NCBI GenBank assembly: GCA_963662615.2
Contig: CAXXSR010000002.1
Coordinates: forward strand, 64,001-128,000
From: Dehalococcoidia bacterium
GTDB lineage: Bacteria > Chloroflexota > Dehalococcoidia > Bin125
Direction: 5' to 3'
Length of the DNA: 64,000 nucleotides
Both the position numbers and the translations under genes were made by a program. Below the pieces are notes generated by a model. It did not search any database. It was not told the origin of the DNA and saw only the letters and a list, made by a program, of their open reading frames with translations. Positions 10,915-23,863 of the stretch are shown here, piece after piece (the stretch's first letter is position 1; every line of letters starts with the position of its first letter).

Positions 10915-11658
10915 CTACTCGTCGCGGGAGTTGCGGACGAGGATCTGGCCCGGGCCGCCCTCCACGGGGATGCGCTTCAGGGCCAGCGCGATGCGATTCT
11001 CGGCGTCGAGGGCAGCCCAGTACGTAGCAAGGACGCTCTCGACGTTGCCGTCGAGGGGGAGCCAGAGGGGGTCGCCGCGGAAGCTGGGGAGCGGGGCGCC
11101 ATCTGACTGGTAGGTCGTGAGGCAGAGGCCGTAGCCGGGAGGCGGCAGAGCGGGCCGGAAGGTGGTGCGGTCCGTGAGGCCGAGATCGGCCTCGTTGGCG
11201 CGAAGGATGCTCAGGGCGATGCGCGGCGCGACCCCGTGCGGACGGCCGCGCAGGTCAATGACACCGCCAATGCGGGAGGTGTAGTGGGGCGGATCATCCT
11301 CGCGCTCCCGGCTGGCCAGCGCCTCCTCGAAGTCGCCGCCGCCGCCGATGCTGTCGACGATCGTGCGGGTGTGGTCGCCGTTCGTCACGACATAGACGTC
11401 GGGCAGCTCCCGCATCGCTTCGTAGATGATGAGTTCGGGATCGGCGACGGTGGTGACATCGATGGGCTCGGTACGCAGCGTGGTGCCCGCCACGACGAAG
11501 CGGCGGTTGCGGCTGTTCTCGCTGCGTCCCATGATCCAGTAGAGCTGGATCCAAGCGTCGCCGTCGGCGGCGCGGCCTAGGACAAGGCCGCGACCGGGAT
11601 AGCGGTTGTCGCGCAGGTGGCGGTGGAAGTTTCCTTGGGCCGTGGCCGCCAGGTCCAT
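10915..11658 (-). CDS. Stand-alone IMP cyclohydrolase-like protein (PurO/Ntn fold)
   Basis: YPGRGLVLG, YWIMGRSENSRNR, LIIY, TNGDHT, YTSRIGG; adjacent to AICAR transformylase. Confidence 0.8.
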   Translation of the reverse strand: MDLAATAQGNFHRHLRDNRYPGRGLVLGRAADGDAWIQLYWIMGRSENSRNRRFVVAGTTLRTEPIDVTTVADPELIIYEAMRELPDVYVVTNGDHTRTIVDSIGGGGDFEEALASREREDDPPHYTSRIGGVIDLRGRPHGVAPRIALSILRANEADLGLTDRTTFRPALPPPGYGLCLTTYQSDGAPLPSFRGDPLWLPLDGNVESVLATYWAALDAENRIALALKRIPVEGGPGQILVRNSRDE

Positions 11659-11679
11659 CGCTAGACTCCCATCACTGCC

Positions 11680-12855
11680 TCAGTGGCGAAAGAGCCGGAG
11701 GCCGGAGAAGGCCATGACCATGCCGTACTGGTTGGCGGCCTCGATCACGCCCCCATCGGCGACGGAGCCGCCGGGCTGGAGCACATACTGCACCGCGCTG
11801 GCCTGGGCGCGGTCAACATTGTCCCGGAAGGGAATGAAGGCGTCGTGGCTGAGCACGGCGCTGAAGCCGCCGATCCATTCGCGCCGCTCAATGGCGCCCA
11901 GGGGCTTGACGCCGGTCACGCGCAGGAGGCTCCGGAGGTGGCGGCGCTCGGCCGGGGAAAGATCAGCGTAGGCGATGAACTGCTCGCGGGCGGTGAAGCG
12001 ATCGGGCCGCTTCAGACGCTCTTGGAACGGCAGGTCAAGGATGCGTGGGTGCTGTTGCAGCATCCAGCGGTCGGCCTTGGCGCAAGCGATGCGCGTGCAG
12101 TGAATCCGCGATTGTTGTCCGGCGCCCATCCCGATGACCTGTCCGTCGGCCGCAACGCAGACCGAGTTTGACTGGGCGTAACGCAGCGCGACGGTCGCGA
12201 CCATGAGGTCGCGGACGGCTTCGGGCGGAACGGCGGTGCGCTTGGTGACCACGTTTTGCAACAGGGCGGGCGTGATGGGGGCGGCGTCGCGGGGCTGCTC
12301 CAGGACCAGGCCGAAGCAGTCGCGCCGCTCCCGCTCGGACGGTTCGTACGAGGGGTCCACCTCAAGCGCGACGTAGGCGCCGCCCCGCTTCTGGCGGAGC
12401 ACGTCCAGGGCAGCGGGCTCATAGCCGGGGGCAATGATGCCGTCCGACACCTCGCGCCGCAGGACCTCGGCCAGCGACGTGTCCACCACCTCGCTGACGG
12501 CGGCGAAGTCGCCGTAGGCCGACACCAGGTCGCCGCCGCGGGCACGGACGTAGGCGCAGGCAATGGCAGAGAGTTCGCGGCCCCCGACCTCGTAGGCGTG
12601 CTCAAGCGGCTCGCTCAAGGGGAGGCCGATCGCCGCGCCGGCGGGACTGACGTGCTTGAAGCTGGTCGCCGCGGGCGTGCCGGTCGCGGCGCGGAGTTCG
12701 CGCACGAGCTGCCAGCCGCTGAGGGCGTCGAGGAGGTTGATATAGCCTGGGGCGCCGTTGCGGACTCGGATCGGGCTGTCGCCGTCCTCCACATACGCGC
12801 GTGCCGGTTGCATGTGGGGGTTGAGGCCGTAGCGCAGCTTGATCTCGGCGGCCAT
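11680..12855 (-). CDS. purH: AICAR formyltransferase (PurH C-terminal domain only)
   Basis: LRYGLNPH, YINLLDA, SFKHVSPAG, QSNSVC, GAGQQSR, QPGGS, RLFRH; the MGS-like cyclohydrolase domain is absent. Confidence 0.9.
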   Translation of the reverse strand: MAAEIKLRYGLNPHMQPARAYVEDGDSPIRVRNGAPGYINLLDALSGWQLVRELRAATGTPAATSFKHVSPAGAAIGLPLSEPLEHAYEVGGRELSAIACAYVRARGGDLVSAYGDFAAVSEVVDTSLAEVLRREVSDGIIAPGYEPAALDVLRQKRGGAYVALEVDPSYEPSERERRDCFGLVLEQPRDAAPITPALLQNVVTKRTAVPPEAVRDLMVATVALRYAQSNSVCVAADGQVIGMGAGQQSRIHCTRIACAKADRWMLQQHPRILDLPFQERLKRPDRFTAREQFIAYADLSPAERRHLRSLLRVTGVKPLGAIERREWIGGFSAVLSHDAFIPFRDNVDRAQASAVQYVLQPGGSVADGGVIEAANQYGMVMAFSGLRLFRH

Positions 12856-12994
12856 GCCCTGCTCTCCCCGACGCTGAGGGTGGCCCAGTGGCTGGCCCCT
12901 GGAACCCTCCGTCCATTGCCTAGCGACCCCGCGGCGCGGCGTCAACCGTCGCCGCCGGCACGGTGTGGAGAACCTGGCTGGGGCCGCGGCGCGA

Positions 12995-13876
12995 TCAGCC
13001 CAGGAGATCCTGCAACGCGCCTTCCAGAGTGGGATGGCGGAAGGTGTAGCCCGACGCCTGCGTCCGCTGTGGGAGGGCGCGCTGGCTCGCCATCAGGACC
13101 ACGGGCACGACCTCGCCCAGAGCGAGCCGGAGGGCCAGAGGCGGGACGGGCAGAATGGCGGGGCGGTGCAGGACCCGGCCGAGCGCCTTGGTGAAGGCGG
13201 CGTTGGTGACCGGCTGGGGCGCCGTCACGTTCAGCGGCCCCGAGACGGAGTCGTTGTCAAGGGCGTGGAGGATGACGCCGACGACGTCGTCAAGGTGAAC
13301 CCAGGCCATGTAGTGGCGCCCCCGACCCAAGGGACCGCCCACCCCGAAGCGGAAAGGCCGAGCGAGGCGAGGCAGCGCGCCGCCGTCCCGCGCCAGCACC
13401 ACGCCGTTGCGAAGCAGCACGGTGCGCACGCCTGACGGCCCCGCGGCCGCCTCCCACTCCTGGCAGAGCCGCGCCAGGAAGTCGGCGCCGGGCGGGGAGC
13501 TCTCCGTGAGCTCCTCATCGCCGCGGGATCCGTAGTAGCCCACGGCCGATGTCGAGACGAGCACGCTTGGCTTTGCGGTCGCCGTTCGAATCGCGTCCGC
13601 CAGGCGTTGCGCCGTGCCAATGCGGCTCTCCCGCAGCTCGCGCTTTCGCCTCGTCGACCAGCGCTTCGCGGCCAAGTCGGCGCCGGCCAGATGGACGGCA
13701 GCGTCCACCGCGGCGACGACGTCCTCGAGGTCGCCCCAGCCGGCCCAGCTGACGCCGTCGGCCTGCCGGGCCGCTGGGCTGCGGCTGATCCCCGTCACGG
13801 CGTCGCCACGCGCGATCAGCGCCTTGCTGAGGGCGCCACCGATCAGCCCACTGGCGCCGGTGACGAGCACGTGCAT
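12995..13876 (-). CDS. TIGR01777-family NAD(P)-binding epimerase/oxidoreductase
   Basis: VTGASGLIG, SAVGYYG, CQEWE, GGPLGRG.HYMAWVH, NVTAP.PV.N. Confidence 0.9.
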   Translation of the reverse strand: MHVLVTGASGLIGGALSKALIARGDAVTGISRSPAARQADGVSWAGWGDLEDVVAAVDAAVHLAGADLAAKRWSTRRKRELRESRIGTAQRLADAIRTATAKPSVLVSTSAVGYYGSRGDEELTESSPPGADFLARLCQEWEAAAGPSGVRTVLLRNGVVLARDGGALPRLARPFRFGVGGPLGRGRHYMAWVHLDDVVGVILHALDNDSVSGPLNVTAPQPVTNAAFTKALGRVLHRPAILPVPPLALRLALGEVVPVVLMASQRALPQRTQASGYTFRHPTLEGALQDLLG

Positions 13877-14054
13877 CTGTGTGTCCCTTCCCTGCCGCAC
13901 TCACCGAGTGAGGCTTCGCCAGGGTAGCGACGGCGGCAGGCGCCGTCACGGGGAGTGAGGGAGTGAGCGAGTCAGCGAGCTGCCCGGCGCGGAAGCGCCC
14001 CGCGGCCACGGGACGAAACACGCTGACCACGACCGCGCTCGCTCCGGCCGGGCA

Positions 14055-14627
14055 TCAGGAGCCGGGTGACGGGGCGTCCGGGGGATCGGGCGGGGGATCG
14101 GCAGGATCGTCGGGATCGGCTCGCGCGGGCGGCGCATCGGGGGACGGAGGCTCGTCGCCGGAACCGCTGTCGCCGCTATCGCCGGGCGGGTCGGGAGGGG
14201 CCGGTCCGGCCGCAGGTCCCTCGCTGGAGGCGTCGGGACCGCGACCCTCGGGCGTGAGGCCAAGGGCGCGGCCCAATTCGTCCGCAGTCGCCGGGTCCAA
14301 GCCGCTCAACTCGTGGAGCTGCCGGGCCATTTGATCAAGCTGCTCCTGCGTGACGCCCATGCTCTGCATGGTCTCGCGAACCAGGCGACGGACGTCATCC
14401 ATGTCCTGACGGATGAGAGCGTCGGCTAGCTCCAGCTGGGTCTCCACCGCGCGGAAGCCGGTGCGGCGGTCGGACTCTTCCATCTCCAGCAGGGTGGACA
14501 TGAGCCGGGTGAAAAGCGTGGTGGTCCGAGCGATGCGGATACGATCGTCGGGATGGGGCGGGAAGGTGCCGGTGACGGCGACCTCTACCCCCGTCCGCTT
14601 GTCGGCGGCGACGTACTGCTCCGGCAT
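14055..14627 (-). CDS. Hypothetical protein with Pro/Asp-rich C-terminal tail
   Basis: Helical core (RIRIARTTTLFTRLMSTLL...), GGGAGGG SD-like sequence upstream, divergent from the LOG gene. Confidence 0.6.
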   Translation of the reverse strand: MPEQYVAADKRTGVEVAVTGTFPPHPDDRIRIARTTTLFTRLMSTLLEMEESDRRTGFRAVETQLELADALIRQDMDDVRRLVRETMQSMGVTQEQLDQMARQLHELSGLDPATADELGRALGLTPEGRGPDASSEGPAAGPAPPDPPGDSGDSGSGDEPPSPDAPPARADPDDPADPPPDPPDAPSPGS

Positions 14628-14767
14628 CGCGCGCTCCCGCCCCACCGCCACCTGCGCCGCCTCAGGCGCACCTGCCTGCATCTTAGCCGTTGCGGCAGCG
14701 GGCACGAGCGCGGGTACCGGCCTGAGGGGAGGACCCCGGCCGGCGGCGACGCCCTATCCTGTTCCCC

Positions 14768-15556
14768 ATGACGGACGCGACCGGCCCGGCTTCGGGGACC
14801 GAGGGGCCGCTGAAGGCCTACGAAGATCTGGACTTTCTGCGCAGTGCCGATGCGCGCGTGATCCGCGTCATCGCGGAGCTGCTGGTGCCGCAGTACCGCC
14901 TTGAGGAGAAAGGCATTGAAGACACCATCGTTTTCTTCGGCTCGTCGCAGGCGCCGCCCGACGAGGAGCAGGCGAAGCACGTAGAGCAAGAGCGGCTCGC
15001 CGGTTACTACCGCGATGCGCGGGAGCTGGCGAACCGGCTGACCGTGTGGAGCCGCAACCGCCCGGATGGGCGCCAGTTCGTGGTCTGCAGCGGCGGCGGC
15101 CCGGGGATCATGGAGGCGGCGAATCGCGGCGCGCGCGACGCCGGAGGCCCGTCGATCGGCTTGGGGATCAGCATCCCGGTCGAGCAGGGGATCAATGACT
15201 ACGTCACGCCGGGACTGGCGTTCGAGTTTCACTACTTCTTCGTGCGCAAGTTCTGGTTCGTCTACAACGCGAAGGCGTTAGTGTTCTTTCCCGGCGGGTT
15301 CGGCACCATGGATGAGCTGATGGAAGTGCTCACGTTGGTGCAGACGCAGAAGGTGCGCAAGAAGATGGGCATCGTGCTCTACGGCCGGGACTTTTGGACC
15401 TCCGTGCTGAACTTCGACGTGCTGGTCGCCCACGGCGTGATCTCACGGGAGGACCGCGAGCTGTTCGTCATCGCTGACGATGTCACCGACGCTTTCAACC
15501 GGATCTGCTCGTTCCTGGAGGAGAACTACGGCCCCAGTCTGCTGGAAGAGCAGTAG
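14768..15556 (+). CDS. LOG-family (TIGR00730) Rossmann-fold nucleotide phosphoribohydrolase
   Basis: SGGGPGIMEAANRGA, FHYFFVRK, PGGFGTMDEL. Confidence 0.9.
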   Translation: MTDATGPASGTEGPLKAYEDLDFLRSADARVIRVIAELLVPQYRLEEKGIEDTIVFFGSSQAPPDEEQAKHVEQERLAGYYRDARELANRLTVWSRNRPDGRQFVVCSGGGPGIMEAANRGARDAGGPSIGLGISIPVEQGINDYVTPGLAFEFHYFFVRKFWFVYNAKALVFFPGGFGTMDELMEVLTLVQTQKVRKKMGIVLYGRDFWTSVLNFDVLVAHGVISREDRELFVIADDVTDAFNRICSFLEENYGPSLLEEQ

Positions 15557-15609
15557 GGGCAGCGCCGGCCACTGCCCCGCGGTCGGGCGGGCCCTTCTTC
15601 CGATCGTCT

Positions 15610-16560
15610 TCAGAGTGATGCCAAAAACGGGCGGATCGCGTCCAGGAAGCCGGGCGTGTTCTGGGTGTGGACGTTGTGCCCGCACTTGGGCACCGTCACG
15701 AGCGCGCCCGCGGGGAGTCGTCGCACGAACGCCTCCGCCGCCTTCGGTTCCAGGATGTTCGAGGATTCGCCGCGCACCACCAGCGTGGGGCAGCGGATCT
15801 CCGCGACCTTTTCCAGCGGGACGGGTGGATTGGTGCGGGCGCGGGCGGCGCGGAAGTCCGGATCGTGGAGGAGGCGGTCCGACTTGCTGATGTACTTGCC
15901 GTCCGCCCGCTGGATGAGGTTGTAGCGCGCCGTCCGCTGCATGTGCTCGCGCGAGCGGAAGGGGTCGTAACGGGCGACACGGTCGATGAACTCGTCAACG
16001 CTGTCGAACTCGACGTTGTGCGTGATGAACTTGGCGATAGCGGCGGCGCCCTGGGCCGAGATCTGCGGGCCGCTGTCCACAACGACAAGCGCTCTGAGGA
16101 GAGCCGGCTCTTTCAGGGCCAGCGACAGCGCCACGATGCCGCCCATGGAGTGTCCGATGACGATGGGCTCTTGCAGCCCTTCCGCCCGGACCAGCCCCAG
16201 GGCATCCTCCACCATGGCGCCGGTGCCGTAGTCGGCATCGCGGGCCCATTCGCTGTCGCCGTGGCCGCGCTGGTCGAGAGCGTAGACGTGGTGGCGATCG
16301 GCGAGGTGGAGGCTGACCAGGTCCCAGGAGTGCGCCGACTGATTGCTGCCGTGGAGGAGGAGGATGGGAGGCGCGGCGGCATCGCCCCATTCCAGGAAAT
16401 GCAGACGCAGCTGGTTGATCACGGCGTTGCGCGACACGTAGCGAATGTGCGGCGAGTGCGCGATGCCCAGATCCGAGGCGCTCTGGCGCAGGCTCACGAA
16501 CTCGTCGAATTGCGTCATGTCGAGCGGCTCGGCATCGGCGGCGAATTCGCTGAGAGGCAT
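15610..16560 (-). CDS. Alpha/beta hydrolase
   Basis: LLHG, DQRGHGDS, GHSMGG nucleophile elbow, C-terminal GHNVH. Confidence 0.9.
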   Translation of the reverse strand: MPLSEFAADAEPLDMTQFDEFVSLRQSASDLGIAHSPHIRYVSRNAVINQLRLHFLEWGDAAAPPILLLHGSNQSAHSWDLVSLHLADRHHVYALDQRGHGDSEWARDADYGTGAMVEDALGLVRAEGLQEPIVIGHSMGGIVALSLALKEPALLRALVVVDSGPQISAQGAAAIAKFITHNVEFDSVDEFIDRVARYDPFRSREHMQRTARYNLIQRADGKYISKSDRLLHDPDFRAARARTNPPVPLEKVAEIRCPTLVVRGESSNILEPKAAEAFVRRLPAGALVTVPKCGHNVHTQNTPGFLDAIRPFLASL

Positions 16561-16753
16561 CCGCCCTCCCCCGTGAGGGCCTCGCGGACGCAATGCGTCC
16601 GGCTGCGGTCCTGGGGCTGCAGGATACAGGGCGATCCGCTCCGCGCGGCGCGCCAGGCGGACATCGCGGCGGCGATCGCGGATGTGTTAGCGTTCGGGAT
16701 GAGGGGGCACGGAGGTGACCAGGCTGCTGCCTCGACTGGGCCGGGACCGATCG

Positions 16754-19322
<2,569 letters not shown>

Positions 19323-19465
19323 TCTTGGCGGCTAGATCTTCCTTCGAGTGGCGCCTCCGGCGTGGCGGCGAGGGGGGCGGCCTCCAGCGCGCCTGCGGCC
19401 CCGTGCGGTCGGACCCGCGCGCCCTTGGCAGAGGGCGCAAGTGGTATCCTGCCGGTACTTTCGTA

Positions 19466-19510
19466 GCCAACGCGGCCTTAGCCAATGCGGCCTTGGCCAC
19501 TGTGGTTCTT
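19466..19510. repeat. Three degenerate 15-nt tandem repeats
   Basis: gccaacgcggcctta / gccaatgcggccttg / gccactgtggttctt. Confidence 0.6.
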
Positions 19511-19625
19511 AGCCCATGTGGCAAAGCGTCGACGTCCCAGGGGGGCGACGGGCACGAACTGACGTGGGCGCCGCACCACTGGGTTCGACCATGAGCAGTT
19601 GAGCCATGGAGAAAGGAGGGGAGCG

Positions 19626-20558
19626 ATGCCCCTGACCCCGGAGACAGAAGCGATGCTGAAGGAAGCAGCGGCGTCGGGCATGCGCCCCTACCAGGACCTG
19701 TCGGTGGAGGAAGCGCGCGCGCAGATCCGTAAGGTCTTCGCCCAGCGCGGTCCAGGGGAACCGGTGGCGCATGTGGAGAATCGGACGATTCCCGGTCCCG
19801 CCGGCGAGATCCCGGTTCGGGTCTACCGCCCGGACGGCAGCCCCCCCTTCCCGACGCTGGTCTACTTTCACGGGAGCGGCTTCGTCATCGCCGATCTGGA
19901 TACGCACGACCCCATCTGCCGCAGCCTGACGAACTCCTCCGGCTGCGCGCTGGTGTCCGTGGACTACCGCCTGGCGCCGGAGCACCCGTACCCGGCCGCG
20001 CCCGAGGACTGCTACGCCGCCACGCAGTGGGTCGCGGAGCACGGCAGCGAGATCGGCGCCGACGGGTCACGCATCGCCGTGGGAGGCGACAGCGCCGGCG
20101 GCAACTTGGCCGCGGTCGTGGCCCTGATGGCGCGCGAGCGCGGCGGACCGCCGATCGAGGCGCAGATCCTGATCTACCCCGTGACAGACCACAACTTCAC
20201 GACGCCGTCATACCGCGACAACGCCGAGGGATACGGGCTGGGCGCGGGCACCATGCGGTGGTTCTGGGGGCACTACTTGGCGAACGAGGCGGACGGAGCG
20301 GAGCCCTATGCATCGCCCCTGCGCGCGTCGGACCTGAGTGGCCTGCCGCCCGCGCACGTGGTCACCGCCGAATACGATCCGCTGCGCGACGAAGGCGAGG
20401 CCTACGCCGAGCGGCTCAAGCAGGCGGGCGTCCGTACCACCTCCGTCCGCTACAACGGGGTCGTGCACGGCTTCTTCGGCGCCATGAACCAGATCCCGGA
20501 CGCGCGCGAGGCGATCGCGACAACAGCGGCGGCACTGCAAAAGGCGCTGCACGCCTAG
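19626..20558 (+). CDS. HSL-family esterase/lipase (copy 1)
   Basis: HGSG, DYRLAPEHPYP, GDSAGG, DPLRDEG, HGF. Confidence 0.93.
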   Translation: MPLTPETEAMLKEAAASGMRPYQDLSVEEARAQIRKVFAQRGPGEPVAHVENRTIPGPAGEIPVRVYRPDGSPPFPTLVYFHGSGFVIADLDTHDPICRSLTNSSGCALVSVDYRLAPEHPYPAAPEDCYAATQWVAEHGSEIGADGSRIAVGGDSAGGNLAAVVALMARERGGPPIEAQILIYPVTDHNFTTPSYRDNAEGYGLGAGTMRWFWGHYLANEADGAEPYASPLRASDLSGLPPAHVVTAEYDPLRDEGEAYAERLKQAGVRTTSVRYNGVVHGFFGAMNQIPDAREAIATTAAALQKALHA

Positions 20559-20588
20559 GTCCGCGCGAGCGAGGACGGAGATCCGGCA

Positions 20589-21521
20589 ATGCCTCTGACC
20601 GCGGAAACGGAAGCGCTGCTGAAGACGTTCGCGGAGGCCGAAGGGCCTACGTTGCAGGAGATGACGCCGCAGGAGGCGCGAGCCGCCTACCGGGAAATGC
20701 GGGCCCTCCAGGGGGAGCCGGAGGACGTGGCGGTGGTGGAGGAGCGGACGGTGCCGGGACCGGCCGGAGACATTCCTGTTCGCGTCTATCGTCCTGAAGG
20801 CGCGGGAGCGTTCCCGGCGCTGGTACACTACCATGGGGGCGGCTGGATCATCGGCGATCTTGACACGCATGATCCCCTTTGCCGCCATTTCGCCAACGCC
20901 GCAGGGTGCGTGGTGGTGGTGCCGGACTACCGGCTGGCGCCCGAGCACAAGTACCCGGCCGCCGCCGACGATTGCTACGCGGCGACGAAGTGGGTGGCCG
21001 AACAGGGCGCCGAGATCGGCGTGGACCGCTCCCGCATCGCGGTGGGCGGGGACAGCTCGGGCGGCAATCTAGCAGCGGTGGTGGCGCTGATGGCGCGCGA
21101 CCGCGGCGGGCCGACCCTGGCAGCGCAGGTCCTGATCTACCCGGTCACGGACCACCGCTTCGACACCGCGTCATACCGCGATAACGGCAAGGGCTACTTC
21201 CTGGAAACCGACTTGATGCAGCTGTTCTGGGACTCCTACCTCAGCGGCGACGACGACGGCGCCCAACCGTACGCATCGCCGTTGCGCGCGCCGGACGTGA
21301 GTGGCGTGGCGCCCGCGCACATCATCACGGCGGAGTTCGACGTGCTGCGGGATGAGGGCGAAGCCTACGGCAAGCGTCTACAGGAGGCCGGGGTCGCCAC
21401 CCAAATCCAGCGCTATGACGGCATGATGCACGGCTTCGTCCAGTTTGGCGCCGCGATTCCGCAAGCCCACGACGCCATTGCCGACGTGGTGGCGGGGTTG
21501 AAAGCGGCCTTCAGCCGTTAG
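20589..21521 (+). CDS. HSL-family esterase/lipase (tandem paralog)
   Basis: HGGG, GDSSGG, DVLRDEG, HGF; same N-terminus MPLT.ETEA as copy 1. Confidence 0.93.
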   Translation: MPLTAETEALLKTFAEAEGPTLQEMTPQEARAAYREMRALQGEPEDVAVVEERTVPGPAGDIPVRVYRPEGAGAFPALVHYHGGGWIIGDLDTHDPLCRHFANAAGCVVVVPDYRLAPEHKYPAAADDCYAATKWVAEQGAEIGVDRSRIAVGGDSSGGNLAAVVALMARDRGGPTLAAQVLIYPVTDHRFDTASYRDNGKGYFLETDLMQLFWDSYLSGDDDGAQPYASPLRAPDVSGVAPAHIITAEFDVLRDEGEAYGKRLQEAGVATQIQRYDGMMHGFVQFGAAIPQAHDAIADVVAGLKAAFSR

Positions 21522-21596
21522 AGGGTCGCGCCCTGGCAGCGCGAGGGGCGACCGCCGGCGATGGGCGCAGCAGAGGTCGGGCGCGCATGGGCGCGC

Positions 21597-22217
21597 TCAG
21601 CGCAGCTCAACGCGGCCCTTGGGACAGTCGATCACCACGGAGAGAGCCGGCGCGTCGGCGGTCACCACCTCCAGATCAACGCCCAGCGCCTTCAACAGAG
21701 GCCGCACGGCGTCGGGGCGGGGATGCAGGCCGCGGAACTGCACGAGAGTGCAGCCGTGCGCGGCGCTCTCCGCGGGATGAGGCGTGTCCCCCCAGTCGAT
21801 GAGGAACGGGACGAGGCCGTCGCCGGCGGGGGGACCGTCGCGGCGAGTCAGACGCCACTCCACTCGACCCCCGTCCGGCCGCAGGCGGCTCATTGGCCGT
21901 ACCGCGCCGGGGTCGTAGCCGGCGGCCCGGGCCGCCGCGACGCGCGCCTCCAAGTTCGTGCCCCTCGCGGCCCAGGAGATGAGTCCGGCCGTGCGCATCG
22001 CGTCGAGGCCGTGGGCTCGCGCTTCGGCTGGGGGCGGCTGCGCCGGGTCCGGCGCGATCACCTCCAGGTAGGCGCCGCCGCCCAGGTCGAGCAAGGCGTT
22101 GTGCGTCCCCCTCCCTGGGTGCGAGCCACCCTCCGAGGGGCGCACGCCCAAGCGGGCGTCCAGATCCGCCTGCCCGGCTTTCAGATCCGACACACCGTAG
22201 ACGAGGTGATCGAGCAC
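21597..22217 (-). CDS. VOC/glyoxalase-like family protein
   Basis: LDHLV, GGSHPGRGTHNAL, YLEVIAPDP, PFLIDW. Confidence 0.85.
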   Translation of the reverse strand: MLDHLVYGVSDLKAGQADLDARLGVRPSEGGSHPGRGTHNALLDLGGGAYLEVIAPDPAQPPPAEARAHGLDAMRTAGLISWAARGTNLEARVAAARAAGYDPGAVRPMSRLRPDGGRVEWRLTRRDGPPAGDGLVPFLIDWGDTPHPAESAAHGCTLVQFRGLHPRPDAVRPLLKALGVDLEVVTADAPALSVVIDCPKGRVELR

Positions 22218-22302
22218 GAGCGCTCCGTCCGCGTCGCGGATCAGCGGCCGCCGAGGGGGAGTGGGCCGGTCGCGAGCGAGGCGGCCAGTATAGGCCCGCG
22301 GC

Positions 22303-23490
22303 TCAGGATGCGTGGGCGGCGCGAAAGTGCTCCCGCGCCGACGCCAACAAGTCCGGAGCGAGGCAAAGGTCGAGCGCCGTCATCGCGAGCGCCTTCGCCG
22401 CCGTCAGCGTCTCCGCGTGCGCCTCCTCCGTGGCCGCGGCCTGAGCGAACTCCGGCGTGTGAATGCCACCGTCAGTGCGAATGGCGAAGTAGGGGTGGAT
22501 CGACGGCGCCACGTGACTGACGTTGCCCATGTCGGTGCTGATGACGGGCCCGCGTCTGAGGGTCACGTCTTTGGGCGGCAGCGTTTTCCCAAGCGTTTTC
22601 GCGTTGGCGACGTACGCTTGGGCGAGGGGGTCATTGGTGATCAGATTGCTGTACGGCCGCCCGACCCACTGGTACTCCAACCGGCAGCCGGTGGCCTGGG
22701 CGGCCCCGCTGAAGCAGGCGAGAACGCGCTCCTTGAGGCCCGCCAGCTCGGCATCGTCCGCGGCGCGGAGGTAGAACTCCGCCGCGGTGTGGTCAGGGAT
22801 GATATTGGGCTGTTCGCCGCCCCGCCGGATCACGCCGTGAACGCGGCTGGTCGGCGTCATCTGCTGCCGCAGCAGCGAGACCGCGTTGTACGCCAGCACC
22901 AGCGCGTCGAGGGCGTTGACGCCCTCCCAGGGGGAGGCGGCGGCGTGCGCATGCTTGCCGTGGTACTCCACGAGGAGCGGCTGGATGGCCAGCACGCCGG
23001 CCCAAGCGCCGTCGTTGGGGGTCGGATGCACCATCATGGCGGCGTCGACGTCGGCAAAGGCGCCACGCTCGATCAGCGCGATCTTGCCGCCGCCGCCCTC
23101 TTCGGCCGGCGAGCCGAGCACGACCACGGTTCCCCGGCCCTCCCCCAGCGCCGCCTTCAGCGCCAGCCCGGCGGCGGCCCCGGCGATGGCGATGAGGTTG
23201 TGCCCGCAGGCGTGGCCAATGCCGGGGAGGGCGTCGTACTCGCAGAGCAGCGCCACCGTGGGACGGCCGCTGCCGGCGCGCGCGCGGAAGGCAGTCTCCA
23301 GCCCGTATGCGCCTCGCTCCAGGCTGAAGCCTTGCTGCTCCAGGAAGTCAGTGAGGAGTTGGTGCGCGCGCACCTCCTGAAAGTTCAGTTCCGGGTGGGC
23401 GTGAATGTCTAAGCTGAGCGCGCGGAGCGGCGCTGAGGCCGCGTCAACGGCTCGTTGGACGACCGCTTTCATGGCGCCGGCATCGGGCAT
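22303..23490 (-). CDS. M20 family amidohydrolase
   Basis: HPEL.F.E, EYDALPGIGHACGHN, PAEEGGGGK, STDMGNVS. Confidence 0.92.
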   Translation of the reverse strand: MPDAGAMKAVVQRAVDAASAPLRALSLDIHAHPELNFQEVRAHQLLTDFLEQQGFSLERGAYGLETAFRARAGSGRPTVALLCEYDALPGIGHACGHNLIAIAGAAAGLALKAALGEGRGTVVVLGSPAEEGGGGKIALIERGAFADVDAAMMVHPTPNDGAWAGVLAIQPLLVEYHGKHAHAAASPWEGVNALDALVLAYNAVSLLRQQMTPTSRVHGVIRRGGEQPNIIPDHTAAEFYLRAADDAELAGLKERVLACFSGAAQATGCRLEYQWVGRPYSNLITNDPLAQAYVANAKTLGKTLPPKDVTLRRGPVISTDMGNVSHVAPSIHPYFAIRTDGGIHTPEFAQAAATEEAHAETLTAAKALAMTALDLCLAPDLLASAREHFRAAHAS

Positions 23491-23863
23491 GGCCTCGCGC
23501 TTTCGTGCCGCGGCTGCGCTGGGCGCCAGAATAGCGCAGGCCGCCACCCGCTCGATCGATCGATCGATTGAGCGGAGCAATGAACCGTATAGCGATCGCG
23601 CGAGAGCACGCGGCGCGATTGGCGCTGCGGTGTCGAGCGAAGCGGCTGGTTGTAATCGGGGTGTTACCGGTGCCTGCGCGGGGGCGCGGCCTGCTACGAT
23701 AACGACGGTTAAGAAGTGCGCATGAAGGACTGAGAGCGGCGGCGATCGCTCGGCGTGCGCACCAGGAGAGCAACAACGGCGGGGCGCCTAAGGCGTTTGA
23801 GTTCGACGGGCTGAATCGACGGACTCCGCCCCCGCCGCGCCGGCTAGGGAAAGGGCCAGGGAG

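Noticed and set aside
12856-12990. ZMP/ZTP (pfl) riboswitch upstream of purH
   Set aside because: The conserved GACUGGCG...GCCUGGGC pattern could not be found.
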